Positions 1 to 8,510 of a stretch of DNA of 32,015 nucleotides are shown one piece after another. The stretch is from an uncultured Gemmatimonadota bacterium (lineage in GTDB: Bacteria > GCA-2686955): the NCBI GenBank assembly GCA_964490075.1, contig CAZBBK010000069.1, forward strand, positions 1 through 32,015. The letters are read 5' to 3'. Position 1 is the first letter of the stretch, and each line of letters opens with the position of its first letter. A program made the translations under genes and the position numbers. Below the pieces are notes generated by a model. The model made no database searches and was not told the origin of the DNA. It saw only the letters and a list, made by a program, of their open reading frames with translations.

Positions 1-525
1 ATGGAGTACTTCCAGCTCGACGGCGGCGTCCTGGTCAACACCGGTTACTGCCCCTTGCCGGTCGAGTTCGGGTGGGGCTTCGGGCTGAACTTCAGCTCGG
101 TCGACCTGAAGGTCGCCGACATCGCCTCTTTCAGCTGCAACTTCCCGGTGCAGGCGGTGGAGCCGGCGGAAGAGATCTGCGGTGGTGGCGAGGTGCCCGA
201 CTTCGTCGTCAACTACCAGGAACTGGCCTTCCTCTTCGTGGGAAGCGGTGGTGGACCGTTGGCGGTGAAGGTGCGCAACAACACCGACGCCGCGGCCGAG
301 AAGGTGCTCTGGCTGACCGCGCCGCGCGGCATCGACATTCCGCTCGGTGAAGCGACATCTTTCCCGGTCGGCAGCAGTACTTTCTACACCGGCGTCCCCG
401 ATCAGGATTTGCCGATTCCACCCGGCGACTACGCCGGAACGATCACGCTGGGAGACCAGGTGGGAGGCGCCGGCGACGCCTCGACCGAGGTCGACTTCAG
501 CGTCGTCGAATCCGGGGTGCAGTAG
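1..525 (+). CDS. Probable C-terminal part of an exported protein ending in a ~100-aa Ig-like domain (5' end probably outside the window)
   Basis: Acidic, Gly/Val/Phe-rich beta-type sequence with GC-rich third codon positions. TAG at 523-525 is followed by a terminator hairpin. No signal peptide is visible, so the true start is uncertain. Confidence 0.7.
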   Translation: MEYFQLDGGVLVNTGYCPLPVEFGWGFGLNFSSVDLKVADIASFSCNFPVQAVEPAEEICGGGEVPDFVVNYQELAFLFVGSGGGPLAVKVRNNTDAAAEKVLWLTAPRGIDIPLGEATSFPVGSSTFYTGVPDQDLPIPPGDYAGTITLGDQVGGAGDASTEVDFSVVESGVQ

Positions 526-541
526 CTCGGACCAGGAGCTC

Positions 542-580
542 GGGGCACGGGGGCCGTGGCGCCCTCGTGCCCCTTCATTT
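542..580 (+). terminator. Intrinsic terminator hairpin
   Basis: GGGGCACGGGGGC (542-554) pairs with GCCCTCGTGCCCC (561-573) with one G:U pair, followed by TTCATTT. Confidence 0.75.
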
Positions 581-605
581 CTCTCGATCAGGAGAGCGTC
601 CAGCG

Positions 606-1991
606 ATGCGCATTTCGATCGCCCTCGGGTTGTTGCTCCTTTTCTGCTGCGGCTCATGCGCCCCTCCCTCGATCCCTGCGCGGCCGAACATCGTGCTGAT
701 CACCCTCGACACGGTGCGCGCCGATCATCTCTCCTGCTACGGCTACCAGCACAGTGCCACTCCGGCGGTCGATCGCATCGCCGCCGAGGGGCTGCGCTTC
801 GATCTCGCCCTGAGCTCCTCTCCCTGGACCTTGCCGGCGCACGCCTCGATCTTCACCGGGCTCGCCGTTTCGCAGCATGGCGCGCGCTACGACGTTCGCG
901 GCAGCGAGGGGATCAACCTGCATCGCATTCGTTCCCTGGGACCGGGTCCGGCCACGCTGGCGCAGCTTCTGGGGGAGGTCGGCTACCACAGCGCGGCGGC
1001 GGTGGGCGGGGTCTGGATGCAGCCCAAGTTCGGCGTCGGCAGAGGCTTCGATCGCTACGAGGCGCGCATCGAAAGCTGGGCCGGGGTGCCGGCCGAGGAG
1101 CTCACCGAGACCGCCATCGAGCTGCTGGACCAGCGCCCGGTCGAACGTCCCTTCCTGCTCTTCCTCAACTACTTCGACGCTCACCTGCCCTACGCCCCGC
1201 CGCCGCGCTTCAATCCGAGCGGCGCGCGCCTGGAGCGCACGGGAGCCGAGATCGAGCTGGATGTCAACCGCAAGGGCGCGGTCCTCGATTCCGCCGAGCG
1301 GACCCAACTCCACGCCCTTTACGACGCGGAGATCCGGCGCATCGACCACTCCCTGGATCGGCTCTGGCGCGCCCTCGAGGAGCGTGGTCTATACGACGAG
1401 ACCTGGATCATCGTCACCGCCGACCACGGCGAGAGCTTCGGCGAGCACCGCTTTTTCGGACATGGTCTGCGGGTCTGGCACGATGTCGCCCGTGTGCCCC
1501 TGCTGATGAAGGCCCCGGCCTCCGCGAGCTGGGCGAAGCCGCGCGGCCGGGTGGTCAGCGAGCCGGTGCAGACCCGGATGTGCTTCACGACCATTCTGGA
1601 GGAGCTCGGGATCGGCCTGCCGGAGCACGTCTCGGGAAGCAACCTGGTCGGATCGGACCGATCCAAGGAGCCGATCGTGGTCGAGGCCTTCCGCAGCTAC
1701 TCGGCGATCAAGAAGTTCGGGGCCGCTTTCGATCGCGACGAACGCGCCCTCTACCGGGGCCGCCACAAGCTGCTGCGTCGCTCCGATGGCAGCCTGGCGC
1801 TTTTCGACGTGGTCGCCGATCCCGCGGAAGAGGTCGATCTGGCGGAGCGCGAGCCGGAGCGCACCGAGGAGCTGGCGGACGCGCTCGCCAACTGGACGCT
1901 GCACAGCGGGCGACCGCTCTTCGAGGGCGCTCCGGCGCGGATCGACCGGCAGGATGCCGAGCGGCTGCGTGCGTTGGGCTACCTGGATTAG
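606..1991 (+). CDS. Sulfatase-like / alkaline phosphatase superfamily protein with N-terminal signal (possibly a lipoprotein)
   Basis: Motifs PNIVLITLDTVRADH, WTLPAHASIFTG, YFDAHLPY, VTADHGE and a C-terminal LRALGY. Start taken at ATG 606 (MRISIALGLLLL...), with GGAG upstream. Confidence 0.9.
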   Translation: MRISIALGLLLLFCCGSCAPPSIPARPNIVLITLDTVRADHLSCYGYQHSATPAVDRIAAEGLRFDLALSSSPWTLPAHASIFTGLAVSQHGARYDVRGSEGINLHRIRSLGPGPATLAQLLGEVGYHSAAAVGGVWMQPKFGVGRGFDRYEARIESWAGVPAEELTETAIELLDQRPVERPFLLFLNYFDAHLPYAPPPRFNPSGARLERTGAEIELDVNRKGAVLDSAERTQLHALYDAEIRRIDHSLDRLWRALEERGLYDETWIIVTADHGESFGEHRFFGHGLRVWHDVARVPLLMKAPASASWAKPRGRVVSEPVQTRMCFTTILEELGIGLPEHVSGSNLVGSDRSKEPIVVEAFRSYSAIKKFGAAFDRDERALYRGRHKLLRRSDGSLALFDVVADPAEEVDLAEREPERTEELADALANWTLHSGRPLFEGAPARIDRQDAERLRALGYLD

Positions 1992-2078
1992 GGTTCGCGC
2001 AAGAATGACTTGCTGTGTTGGCGCCCAGATGTGGTGCAGATGGGATGCCAAAATAGCAGGTCATTCTTGCGCGAACCC
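1991..2078. mobile_element. 88-bp MITE-like hairpin element with 19-bp perfect terminal inverted repeats and TTA direct repeats
   Basis: GGGTTCGCGCAAGAATGAC (1991-2009) is the exact reverse complement of 2060-2078. TTA flanks at 1988-1990 and 2079-2081. Imperfect pairing continues inward. The element is more AT-rich than its flanks. Confidence 0.7.
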
Positions 2079-3296
2079 TTAGTCGGCCACCACCTTCCGG
2101 TAGGCCTCGACCGTGCCCTCGACGGTGCGCTCCCAGGTGTAGTGGCGGGCCCGGGCGAAGCCGCGCTCGCGCATCTCTGTGCGCTGCCGCCGCGAGGCCA
2201 GCAGCTCCTGGATCGCCACCGCCAGGGCCTGCCAGTCGTCGGCTTCGACCAGGGCCGCGGCCCCGGCGGCCACCTCGGGAAGCGCGCCCGAGCGGGAGCA
2301 GACCACTGGCGTGCCGCAGGCGAAAGCCTCCAGGATCGGCATGCCGAAGCCCTCGTAGTGCGAAGGGAAGACCAATGCCTCGGCGCAGCCGTAGAGCAAA
2401 GGCAGGTCCTGGTCGGCCACGAAACCGGGGAAGTGGACGCGCTCTTTCATTCCCAGCTCTTCGATGAGGCCGGGCAGACGCTCCGATTTCCAGCCCTTGC
2501 CGCCGGCGAGCACCAGGCCGATCTCGGCCGGCAGCCGGGTCAGCGCCCGCACCGCGGCAGCCTGGTTCTTGCGCGGCTCGATCGTGCTGACCAGCAGCAG
2601 GTAGGGGGGGCGCACCCCGTAGCGCTCCCGCAGCAGCTCCTGAGCGGCGGTGCGATCGCGCGGTGGCGTGTAGCAGGGATCGACACCGGGCGCAGCGACC
2701 GTGACTCGCTCCCGGCCGATGCCCAGGTGCTGCTCGATGTCGCGCGCCGCCGCTTCGCTGATCGTCAGGAAATGGGCCGCCCGCTTCGCGCAGCGCAGGA
2801 ACTGGCGCCAGCCGTAGAGGGTTGCCGCCGCGACGGTCTCCGGGTAGAGCTGCGGAACCAGGTCGTAGACGGTGATCAGGGTCGGCAGCCCGCGCGGCGC
2901 CGGCGCCCGCCCGACGTGGAAGGCGAAGTGGAGCAGGTCGAGCGGTTGGCGCCCCAGAAAGCGCGCCCGCGACGCGTCGCGCAGGCGGTTGTGCGCGCGC
3001 CCGAGGGGCGAGGGAGGCTCCTCGCCCGGGGGCGGCAGGGGTCGTGTGGCAACCGACTGCTCACGCGCCGGTAGACCCAGGGTGTCGCGCAGGCCCGGAA
3101 AGCGCTGGAGCGGCAGGCCGGCGAAGGGGCCGGCGTGGGTATGCGGATCCTGGTAGATGCGCAGCTCCACGCCGAGCTCCGCCCCGCCCTCGACCAGGCG
3201 CCGGGCCACCTCGTACATGTAGCGACCGATCCCGTGTCCGGGAGCATCTCCCCACGGGATCATGTGAATCGGAAACGCGACGCGCAGCGCCTTCAT
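2079..3296 (-). CDS. Glycosyltransferase family 4 (GT-B, MtfB/WbpY-like)
   Basis: GIGRY N-terminal motif, TVYDL, STIEPRKN, FPSHYEGFGMPILEAFACGTPVV. ATG at 3296. Confidence 0.93.
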   Translation of the reverse strand: MKALRVAFPIHMIPWGDAPGHGIGRYMYEVARRLVEGGAELGVELRIYQDPHTHAGPFAGLPLQRFPGLRDTLGLPAREQSVATRPLPPPGEEPPSPLGRAHNRLRDASRARFLGRQPLDLLHFAFHVGRAPAPRGLPTLITVYDLVPQLYPETVAAATLYGWRQFLRCAKRAAHFLTISEAAARDIEQHLGIGRERVTVAAPGVDPCYTPPRDRTAAQELLRERYGVRPPYLLLVSTIEPRKNQAAAVRALTRLPAEIGLVLAGGKGWKSERLPGLIEELGMKERVHFPGFVADQDLPLLYGCAEALVFPSHYEGFGMPILEAFACGTPVVCSRSGALPEVAAGAAALVEADDWQALAVAIQELLASRRQRTEMRERGFARARHYTWERTVEGTVEAYRKVVAD

Positions 3297-3311
3297 CCGC
3301 AAGCCGGCCCA

Positions 3312-4669
3312 TCAGCCGGCTTCGACCGTCTCCTCCGGCTCTGCCTCGAGGGCGTCGTTCGCCGCATCCTGCGGAGTCGCCTCTTCGTCGTCGGCCCTTT
3401 CTTCGTCCGGCTCGGGCAGCGGCTCGTCATCGCGGGCGCCGTGCTCCAAGCCCTCCGGCTCCGCGCCGGCATCTTCCGGCTCCGCGCCGGCATCCTCCGG
3501 CTCCGCGCCGGCATCNNNNNNNNNNNNNNNNNNNNNNNNNNNNNNNNNNNNNNNNNNNNNNNNNNNNNNNNNNNNNNNNNNNNNNNNNNNNNNNNNNNNN
3601 NNNNNNNNNNNNNNNGTTCGCCTCGGCCTCGCCCTTCGTGGCGTTCGCCTCGGCCTCGCCCTTCGTGGCGTTCGCCTCGGCCTCGCCCTTCGTGGCGCTC
3701 GTCCCGGTCTCGTCGATCCCGGCGCTCACGCCTCTCGCCGCGATCGCGCCCTTCGCGTTGCTCGTCGCGGTCGTGCCCCTCGTGCCGCTCGTCGCGCTCC
3801 TCGCGCCCTCGCGCGGCTCGTTCCCGGCGCTCGCCACGGCTCCGAGACTCGCCCCCTTCTTCGCGCTCTTCGCGCTCCCGGTAGCGATCGCGCCGCGGGC
3901 GGTCCTCGTCCTGCGCCGCACCCTCGTCCGACTCCGCACGCTCCACCGGGCGCCGCCGCCGCCGCCGCGCCTCACGCTCTTCGTCGCCGCGCGCGTCGGC
4001 CATCTCCTCGCGTTCGTGATCGCGGCGCGTGGGCCGCTCGCGCTCCTCGCCCGGGTCGCGCTCCTCGCCGTGGCGCGCGTTCATGCGCCCCCGCCGGCGG
4101 GGTCTCGGCGCCTCCTCGAGCCGATTCTCGGTCGGGCCGTAGTCCTCGTCCCGCTCCTCGTCGCGCCGCCGCTGCGGGGACCTTCGCGGCTCCCGCTCTT
4201 CCCAGGGCTCGTCGCGGACGCGCCGGCGCCGGTCTCGGGCCGACTCATCGCTGCTCACCTCGTCGCGCGCCTCGTCGGACCATCGGCCTTCGGCCGCCGG
4301 TTGCTCCGCCGGACCCCGTCGCCGTCGTCGCCGACCGCGGCCGCTGGTCGGGGCCGCCGCTTCTTCGCTCCCTTCCGCGTCCGCGGGCACCGGGCTGCGG
4401 CGCGTGCGGCGGCGTCCAGAATCGCCATCTCGTTCCTCGTGCCTCTGTCCCGAGTCGCGCCCGCGCCGGGGCTCGTCCTGTGCTTCTTCGGCCGTACGTC
4501 GCGAGCGGCGGCGCCGCGGCTCTTCCGCGTCGCGGTCCCCTCGCTCGCCCGCTTCGGCACCGCGTTCGCGCCGCCGCCGGCGCCGTGGCCGGTGATTGTT
4601 TTCGGTCGTGTCGTTCAGCAGATCATCGTGATCGTAGCGTTCTTCGATATCGTGGCCTTGTTCGTGCAC
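3312..4669 (-). CDS. Large low-complexity Arg/Glu/Asp-rich protein spanning the assembly gap; function unknown (resembles Rho N-terminal insertions or RNase E-type disordered regions)
   Basis: GTG at 4669 with GAGGA 7 nt upstream, open to the gap at 3616. Beyond the gap the most plausible frame reads DAGAEPE x3...EETVEAG with TGA at 3312-3314. Continuity across the Ns is assumed, not shown. Confidence 0.6.
3453..3515. repeat. 21-bp tandem repeat x3 (DAGAEPE on the minus strand), running into the gap
   Basis: (C/T)TCCGGCTCCGCGCCGGCATC at 3453, 3474 and 3495. Confidence 0.95.
3516..3615. other. Assembly gap (100 N)
   Basis: Run of 100 N, a typical placeholder for a gap of unknown size. Confidence 0.99.
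3616..3696. repeat. 27-bp tandem repeat x3 (RHEGRGRGE on the minus strand), running into the gap
   Basis: GTTCGCCTCGGCCTCGCCCTTCGTGGC at 3616, 3643 and 3670. Confidence 0.95.
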
Positions 4670-5116
4670 GAATCCATCCTCACGGTCGCGGGCTGCGCGA
4701 CCTCGCGTCGTTCCGACGCGGGCAGGGTGGAGCGAGCGCGACCGCGCGGTCTCGCGGGTCGGGAATCTGGGGCGCTTGCGGTCATGTATTGGCGTATCGA
4801 TGCCGGCCTGGAGCCTGGGTCGGGGCGGACGTGATTCTGCTCGTCGATCGTCCGTCCGCGAAAGTCCTGGCTGCCGGATCTCCTGGTGCAAGCGAGCTGC
4901 CGAAGTCGCGCGATCTGTTCCTTGAGCCCGGCTCTGGGTCTGGCCAGGGTCCGGTGCGCGGCTATTCCCTCGCGGCTCTGCTCCGAGTCAACATTCTTGT
5001 GCCGGTCGCTCGAACCCGGTGCCGGTTGGCAGGGGTCACGAGCCTGGACCGGGCGTACTGCGGGCCGCCGATCGACCCACATCGCGGTGTTCGGAAGCAG
5101 ATTCCGAACCTGCAGA

Positions 5117-5145
5117 ACACTAGAGAAGGGTCGCGGCGCTGTCAA
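5117..5145 (-). promoter_or_regulatory. Sigma70-type promoter for the low-complexity protein gene
   Basis: Minus strand TTGACA (5145-5140), 17-nt spacer, TAGTGT (5122-5117). Confidence 0.7.
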
Positions 5146-5260
5146 CGACCGCCAGGCGAAGCACGCCAGTGATAAACTCAGCGTTTCGTTGCAGGCGGCC
5201 GCGGCATGTTCCAGACTCCCGGATCCGGCCCGTGCCGCGGGCCAGACCGAGGATCTCCGA

Positions 5261-7105
5261 ATGACGCGGGTCGAGTCGACGCGGCGGCCGGTGCGGGTGC
5301 TGCCGGAGCAGGTGGCCAATCGGATCGCCGCCGGAGAGGTGGCGGAGCGGCCGGCCTCGGTGCTCAAAGAGCTGATCGAGAACAGCCTCGATGCCGGCGC
5401 CCGGCGCGTCGAGATCGCCCTGGAAGGGGGCGGTCGGGAGTCGATCGCGGTGCGCGACGACGGCTGCGGCATGACGCGCGATGACGCGGTGCTGGCGCTG
5501 CGTCGCCATGCCACTTCGAAGATCGTCCATGCCGCCGATCTCGACGCGATTCGGACCATGGGCTTTCGCGGCGAGGCGATTCCCAGCGTCGCGTCGGTGT
5601 CGAAGCTGGAGATCATCACCCGGCCCTCCGGCAGCACCACTGGCACGCGGATCGTGGTCGACGCCGGCCGAACCCGTGAAGTGGCCGAGACCGGGGCGCC
5701 GCTCGGCACCCAGGTGCGGGTCCGCACGCTCTTCTACAATGTGCCGGCGCGACGCCGTTTTCTGCGCTCGGCCCAGGCCGAGCTGCGGCATTGCAGCGAA
5801 GCGGTGACACGCGCCGCCCTGATGCATCCCGAGATCGCCTTCATCTACCTGGTAGACGGCCGACGGCGCGCTCACTACGACGCCTGCGACAGCCTCGAGG
5901 CCCGCATCGCTGCGGTGCTCGGCAAGTCTCTGGCGAAGGGGATGTCGCCGGTCCACCACCAGGAAAGCGGCATCACGGTGCGCGGCATGGCGGGGCGGCC
6001 GGAGACCTATCGATCGACTCGCGGCCAGCAGATGCTCTTCGTCAACCGGCGGCCGATCCAGCACCGCGGCCTCTCGGGGGCGCTCTTCGCCCTCTACCGG
6101 AACCAGCTGCGGACCGGCCAGTTCCCGGTCTACGTGCTTTCGATCGAGATCGACCCCGCGACCATCGACGTCAACATCCATCCCTCGAAAGCGGAGGTTC
6201 GCTTCCGCGATCAGCAAGGCGCGGCCAGGGCGCTGCGTCACGCGGTCGCCCCGCTGCTTCGTGACGCGCGCGTCACACCCCATTGGGGTCCCGTGACGCC
6301 GCCCGGCGATCCGGTCTTCGATGGCGGCGCTCAGCAACGGGAGCTCGGCTGGGGATGGCGCGCATTGGCACCGCGCGGAATGCCGGGCGCGGCTCCGGCG
6401 GTACGCGAAGGGGCCGCCTTCGACGCCGCAGCCGGAGGGATCGCCGAGCGCGCCGCGGCGCTCGGCGCGGAGATGGCGGGCGAGCTGGGCGTCAACGCGC
6501 CCGCGACCGAGCCGGATCTTCCCGGCGAGCCGCTGCCGGCGGGCTCTTCGCTGTGGCAGTTCGCCCGCACCTACATCTTCACCCAGCTCAAGGGCGACCT
6601 GGTCATGGTCGACCAGCACACCGCCCACGAGCGGGTGCTCTACGAACGCACCATGGCGGCGATTCTGAGCGGCGACGTCGCCTCGCAGAGAGTGCTCTTT
6701 CCGGTCGTGGTCGAGCTCGATCCCGCCGAGGCGGAGGCGTTGGGCGCGCACCGCGCCGAGATTCTGCGCGTCGGCTACGAGATCGATCAGCAGGCCGTCG
6801 ATCGGGTCGCATTGCTGGGGGTGCCGGCGGTCGGTCGAGACGCGCGCGCCAGCCAGGTCTTCCACGATCTGCTAGGGGCCCTGGCGGAGACCGGCGAGGC
6901 GAAGCTGCACGGGATCGAGCGGGTCGCCGCCACCTTCGCCTGCAAAGCCGCGGTCAAGGCGGGCGACCCCCTGAACGAGCCCGAGATGGCCCAGCTGGTC
7001 GACGAGGTCTTCGCCACCGAGCAGCCCTTCTACTGCCCCCACGGCCGACCGACGGTGGTGCGGGTGGCGCTCAACGAGATCGAGCGCCGCTTCGGGAGGA
7101 TCTGA
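5261..7105 (+). CDS. mutL: DNA mismatch repair protein MutL
   Basis: NRIAAGEVAERPASVLKELIENSLDAG, RHATSK, GFRGEA, DVNIHPSK, endonuclease motif DQHTAHERVLYE, ACK and CPHGRP. ATG at 5261. Confidence 0.98.
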   Translation: MTRVESTRRPVRVLPEQVANRIAAGEVAERPASVLKELIENSLDAGARRVEIALEGGGRESIAVRDDGCGMTRDDAVLALRRHATSKIVHAADLDAIRTMGFRGEAIPSVASVSKLEIITRPSGSTTGTRIVVDAGRTREVAETGAPLGTQVRVRTLFYNVPARRRFLRSAQAELRHCSEAVTRAALMHPEIAFIYLVDGRRRAHYDACDSLEARIAAVLGKSLAKGMSPVHHQESGITVRGMAGRPETYRSTRGQQMLFVNRRPIQHRGLSGALFALYRNQLRTGQFPVYVLSIEIDPATIDVNIHPSKAEVRFRDQQGAARALRHAVAPLLRDARVTPHWGPVTPPGDPVFDGGAQQRELGWGWRALAPRGMPGAAPAVREGAAFDAAAGGIAERAAALGAEMAGELGVNAPATEPDLPGEPLPAGSSLWQFARTYIFTQLKGDLVMVDQHTAHERVLYERTMAAILSGDVASQRVLFPVVVELDPAEAEALGAHRAEILRVGYEIDQQAVDRVALLGVPAVGRDARASQVFHDLLGALAETGEAKLHGIERVAATFACKAAVKAGDPLNEPEMAQLVDEVFATEQPFYCPHGRPTVVRVALNEIERRFGRI

Positions 7106-8037
7106 TCGCCGCGCCGCGCCCGGACCAGCCCTCGGCCCTGGTGCTCGCGGGGCCGACCGCGGTCGGCAAGAGCGCCCTGGCGCTGAAGGTCGCGGCGCGT
7201 GTGCCGGCGACCATCCTCTCTTTCGACTCGCGGCAGATCTACCGCGAGCTGGAGATCGGCACCGCCAAGCCGAGCCGCGAAGAGCGCCGCGCCGTGCCGC
7301 ACCGCGGCATCGACGAGCGATCCATCGACCAGCCCTGGACCGCTGGCGAGGCGGCGCGCGATGCCCGGGTCTGGCTGGACCAGGTCTGGGCGGCGGGCCG
7401 GCTGCCGATCGTCGTCGGCGGCTCCGGCCTCTACCTGCAGGCGGCGTTCGGGGGGCTCGATGCGGGCCGCTCGCCCCCCGATCCGCGCGTCAGAGAGCGC
7501 CTGGAGGCGCGTCATCGTGCCGCCGGGCTCGAGCCTCTGATCGAAGAGCTGCGGCGCCGCGATCCGGCGGCGCTGGAGCGCATCGATCGCGCCAACCCGC
7601 GCCGCGTCCTCCGGGCGCTCGAGCTGCTCGAGGCGGGGGCCGAGGCTGGCGGCGATCTGCGCCGGCGACGGAATCGCCTGGGCGGCCCGCACTTTCTGCT
7701 GGTGCTGCCGCGCCCGGAGCTGGTGCGGCGCATCGATGCCCGGGTCGAGCAGATGTTCGAGGCGGGGATCGTGGCCGAAACCCGCGGCCTGGTGGAGCGC
7801 TGGGGGGAAGACGCCCTGGCCCGCCTGCCGACCCTGGGCTACGACCAGGTGCGGGCCCACCTGCGGGGCGAGCTCCCGCTGGCGCAGGCGATCGAGGCGG
7901 TCCAGGTGGCCACGCGCCGTTTCGCCAAGCGTCAGATGACCTGGTTCCGCAAGTACGGCGAGCTCGAGGCGCTCGATCTCTCGCGGCCGCACGCGGCGCT
8001 GGACGAGGTGATGGCGCGGCTCGACCTGCCCCGCTGA
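7102..8037 (+). CDS. miaA: tRNA dimethylallyltransferase
   Basis: GPTAVGKS, DSRQIYR, IGTAKP, VGGSGLY, NPRRVLRALE, FAKRQMTWF; conserved position after mutL. Start is CTG 7102 (overlapping the mutL stop) or GTG 7141. Confidence 0.97.
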   Translation: MIAAPRPDQPSALVLAGPTAVGKSALALKVAARVPATILSFDSRQIYRELEIGTAKPSREERRAVPHRGIDERSIDQPWTAGEAARDARVWLDQVWAAGRLPIVVGGSGLYLQAAFGGLDAGRSPPDPRVRERLEARHRAAGLEPLIEELRRRDPAALERIDRANPRRVLRALELLEAGAEAGGDLRRRRNRLGGPHFLLVLPRPELVRRIDARVEQMFEAGIVAETRGLVERWGEDALARLPTLGYDQVRAHLRGELPLAQAIEAVQVATRRFAKRQMTWFRKYGELEALDLSRPHAALDEVMARLDLPR

Positions 8038-8172
8038 CCCGCCGTGGTGCCCGCCGCCACTTGTATCGGCGCCCGACGCTGATCCGTCAGAAATGTGGAC
8101 TCCGGCCGGGTCCCGGTTCGGGAACGACGTCGTAATCGCAAGTGATCCAGCGAGTTGGAGCATCGGCGTTGA

Positions 8173-8189
8173 TTGGCATGTGGATTGCA
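8173..8189 (+). promoter_or_regulatory. Sigma54 (-24/-12) promoter
   Basis: TTGGCATG-TGGA-TTGCA closely matches TGGCACG-N4-TTGCW with correct GG/GC spacing, 57 nt upstream of an RBS-bearing ORF. Confidence 0.7.
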
Positions 8190-8246
8190 AACCCCTGTGG
8201 GCGCAGCGATCTTCACTCCGATCCCACTCGCCGACAGGAGCTCGCC

Positions 8247-8393
8247 ATGATCCTGCGAACCCGCCCCCTGACCACCGCGATCCCGCTGCTCCTCGTCATG
8301 GTGCTGATGCCGATGCTCGCCGGCCGATCCAACGCGGGTTCGCCGACCCGGCTGCTCGCGGCCGACGGCTGGCACTGGCGGTCCGAGGTCTGA
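8247..8393 (+). CDS. 48-aa peptide with signal-peptide-like N-terminus
   Basis: AGGAG RBS before ATG 8247; MILRTRPLTTAIPLLLVMVLMPMLAGRSNAGSPTRLLAADGWHWRSEV. Confidence 0.6.
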   Translation: MILRTRPLTTAIPLLLVMVLMPMLAGRSNAGSPTRLLAADGWHWRSEV

Positions 8394-8417
8394 TGCCGCG
8401 ACGGCCCCCGATACCGG

Positions 8418-8446
8418 TTGACAGAGCGCGGCCGTCGGCATAGCTT
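8418..8446 (+). promoter_or_regulatory. Sigma70 promoter for tRNA-Gly
   Basis: TTGACA (8418-8423), 17 nt, TAGCTT (8441-8446), followed by a GC-rich discriminator. Confidence 0.8.
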
Positions 8447-8510
8447 CGGCGCCGTGGGTTGCGCGCCTTCCGATTTCGCCTCTCTCTACCTCGCGCGCGG
8501 CTCCGACATC

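Noticed and set aside
1991-2078. Hairpin as an integron attC site
   Set aside because: No RYYYAAC/GTTRRRY core sites on either strand, the flanking genes are convergent, and there is no integrase.
3453-3696. Repeats around the gap as a CRISPR array
   Set aside because: Head-to-tail units with no spacers and lengths that are multiples of 3; these are coding repeats.
3044-4834. 596-aa hydrophobic ORF on the + strand
   Set aside because: Antisense shadow of the R/E/D-rich gene; no RBS or recognisable family, and the promoter and RBS point to the minus strand.
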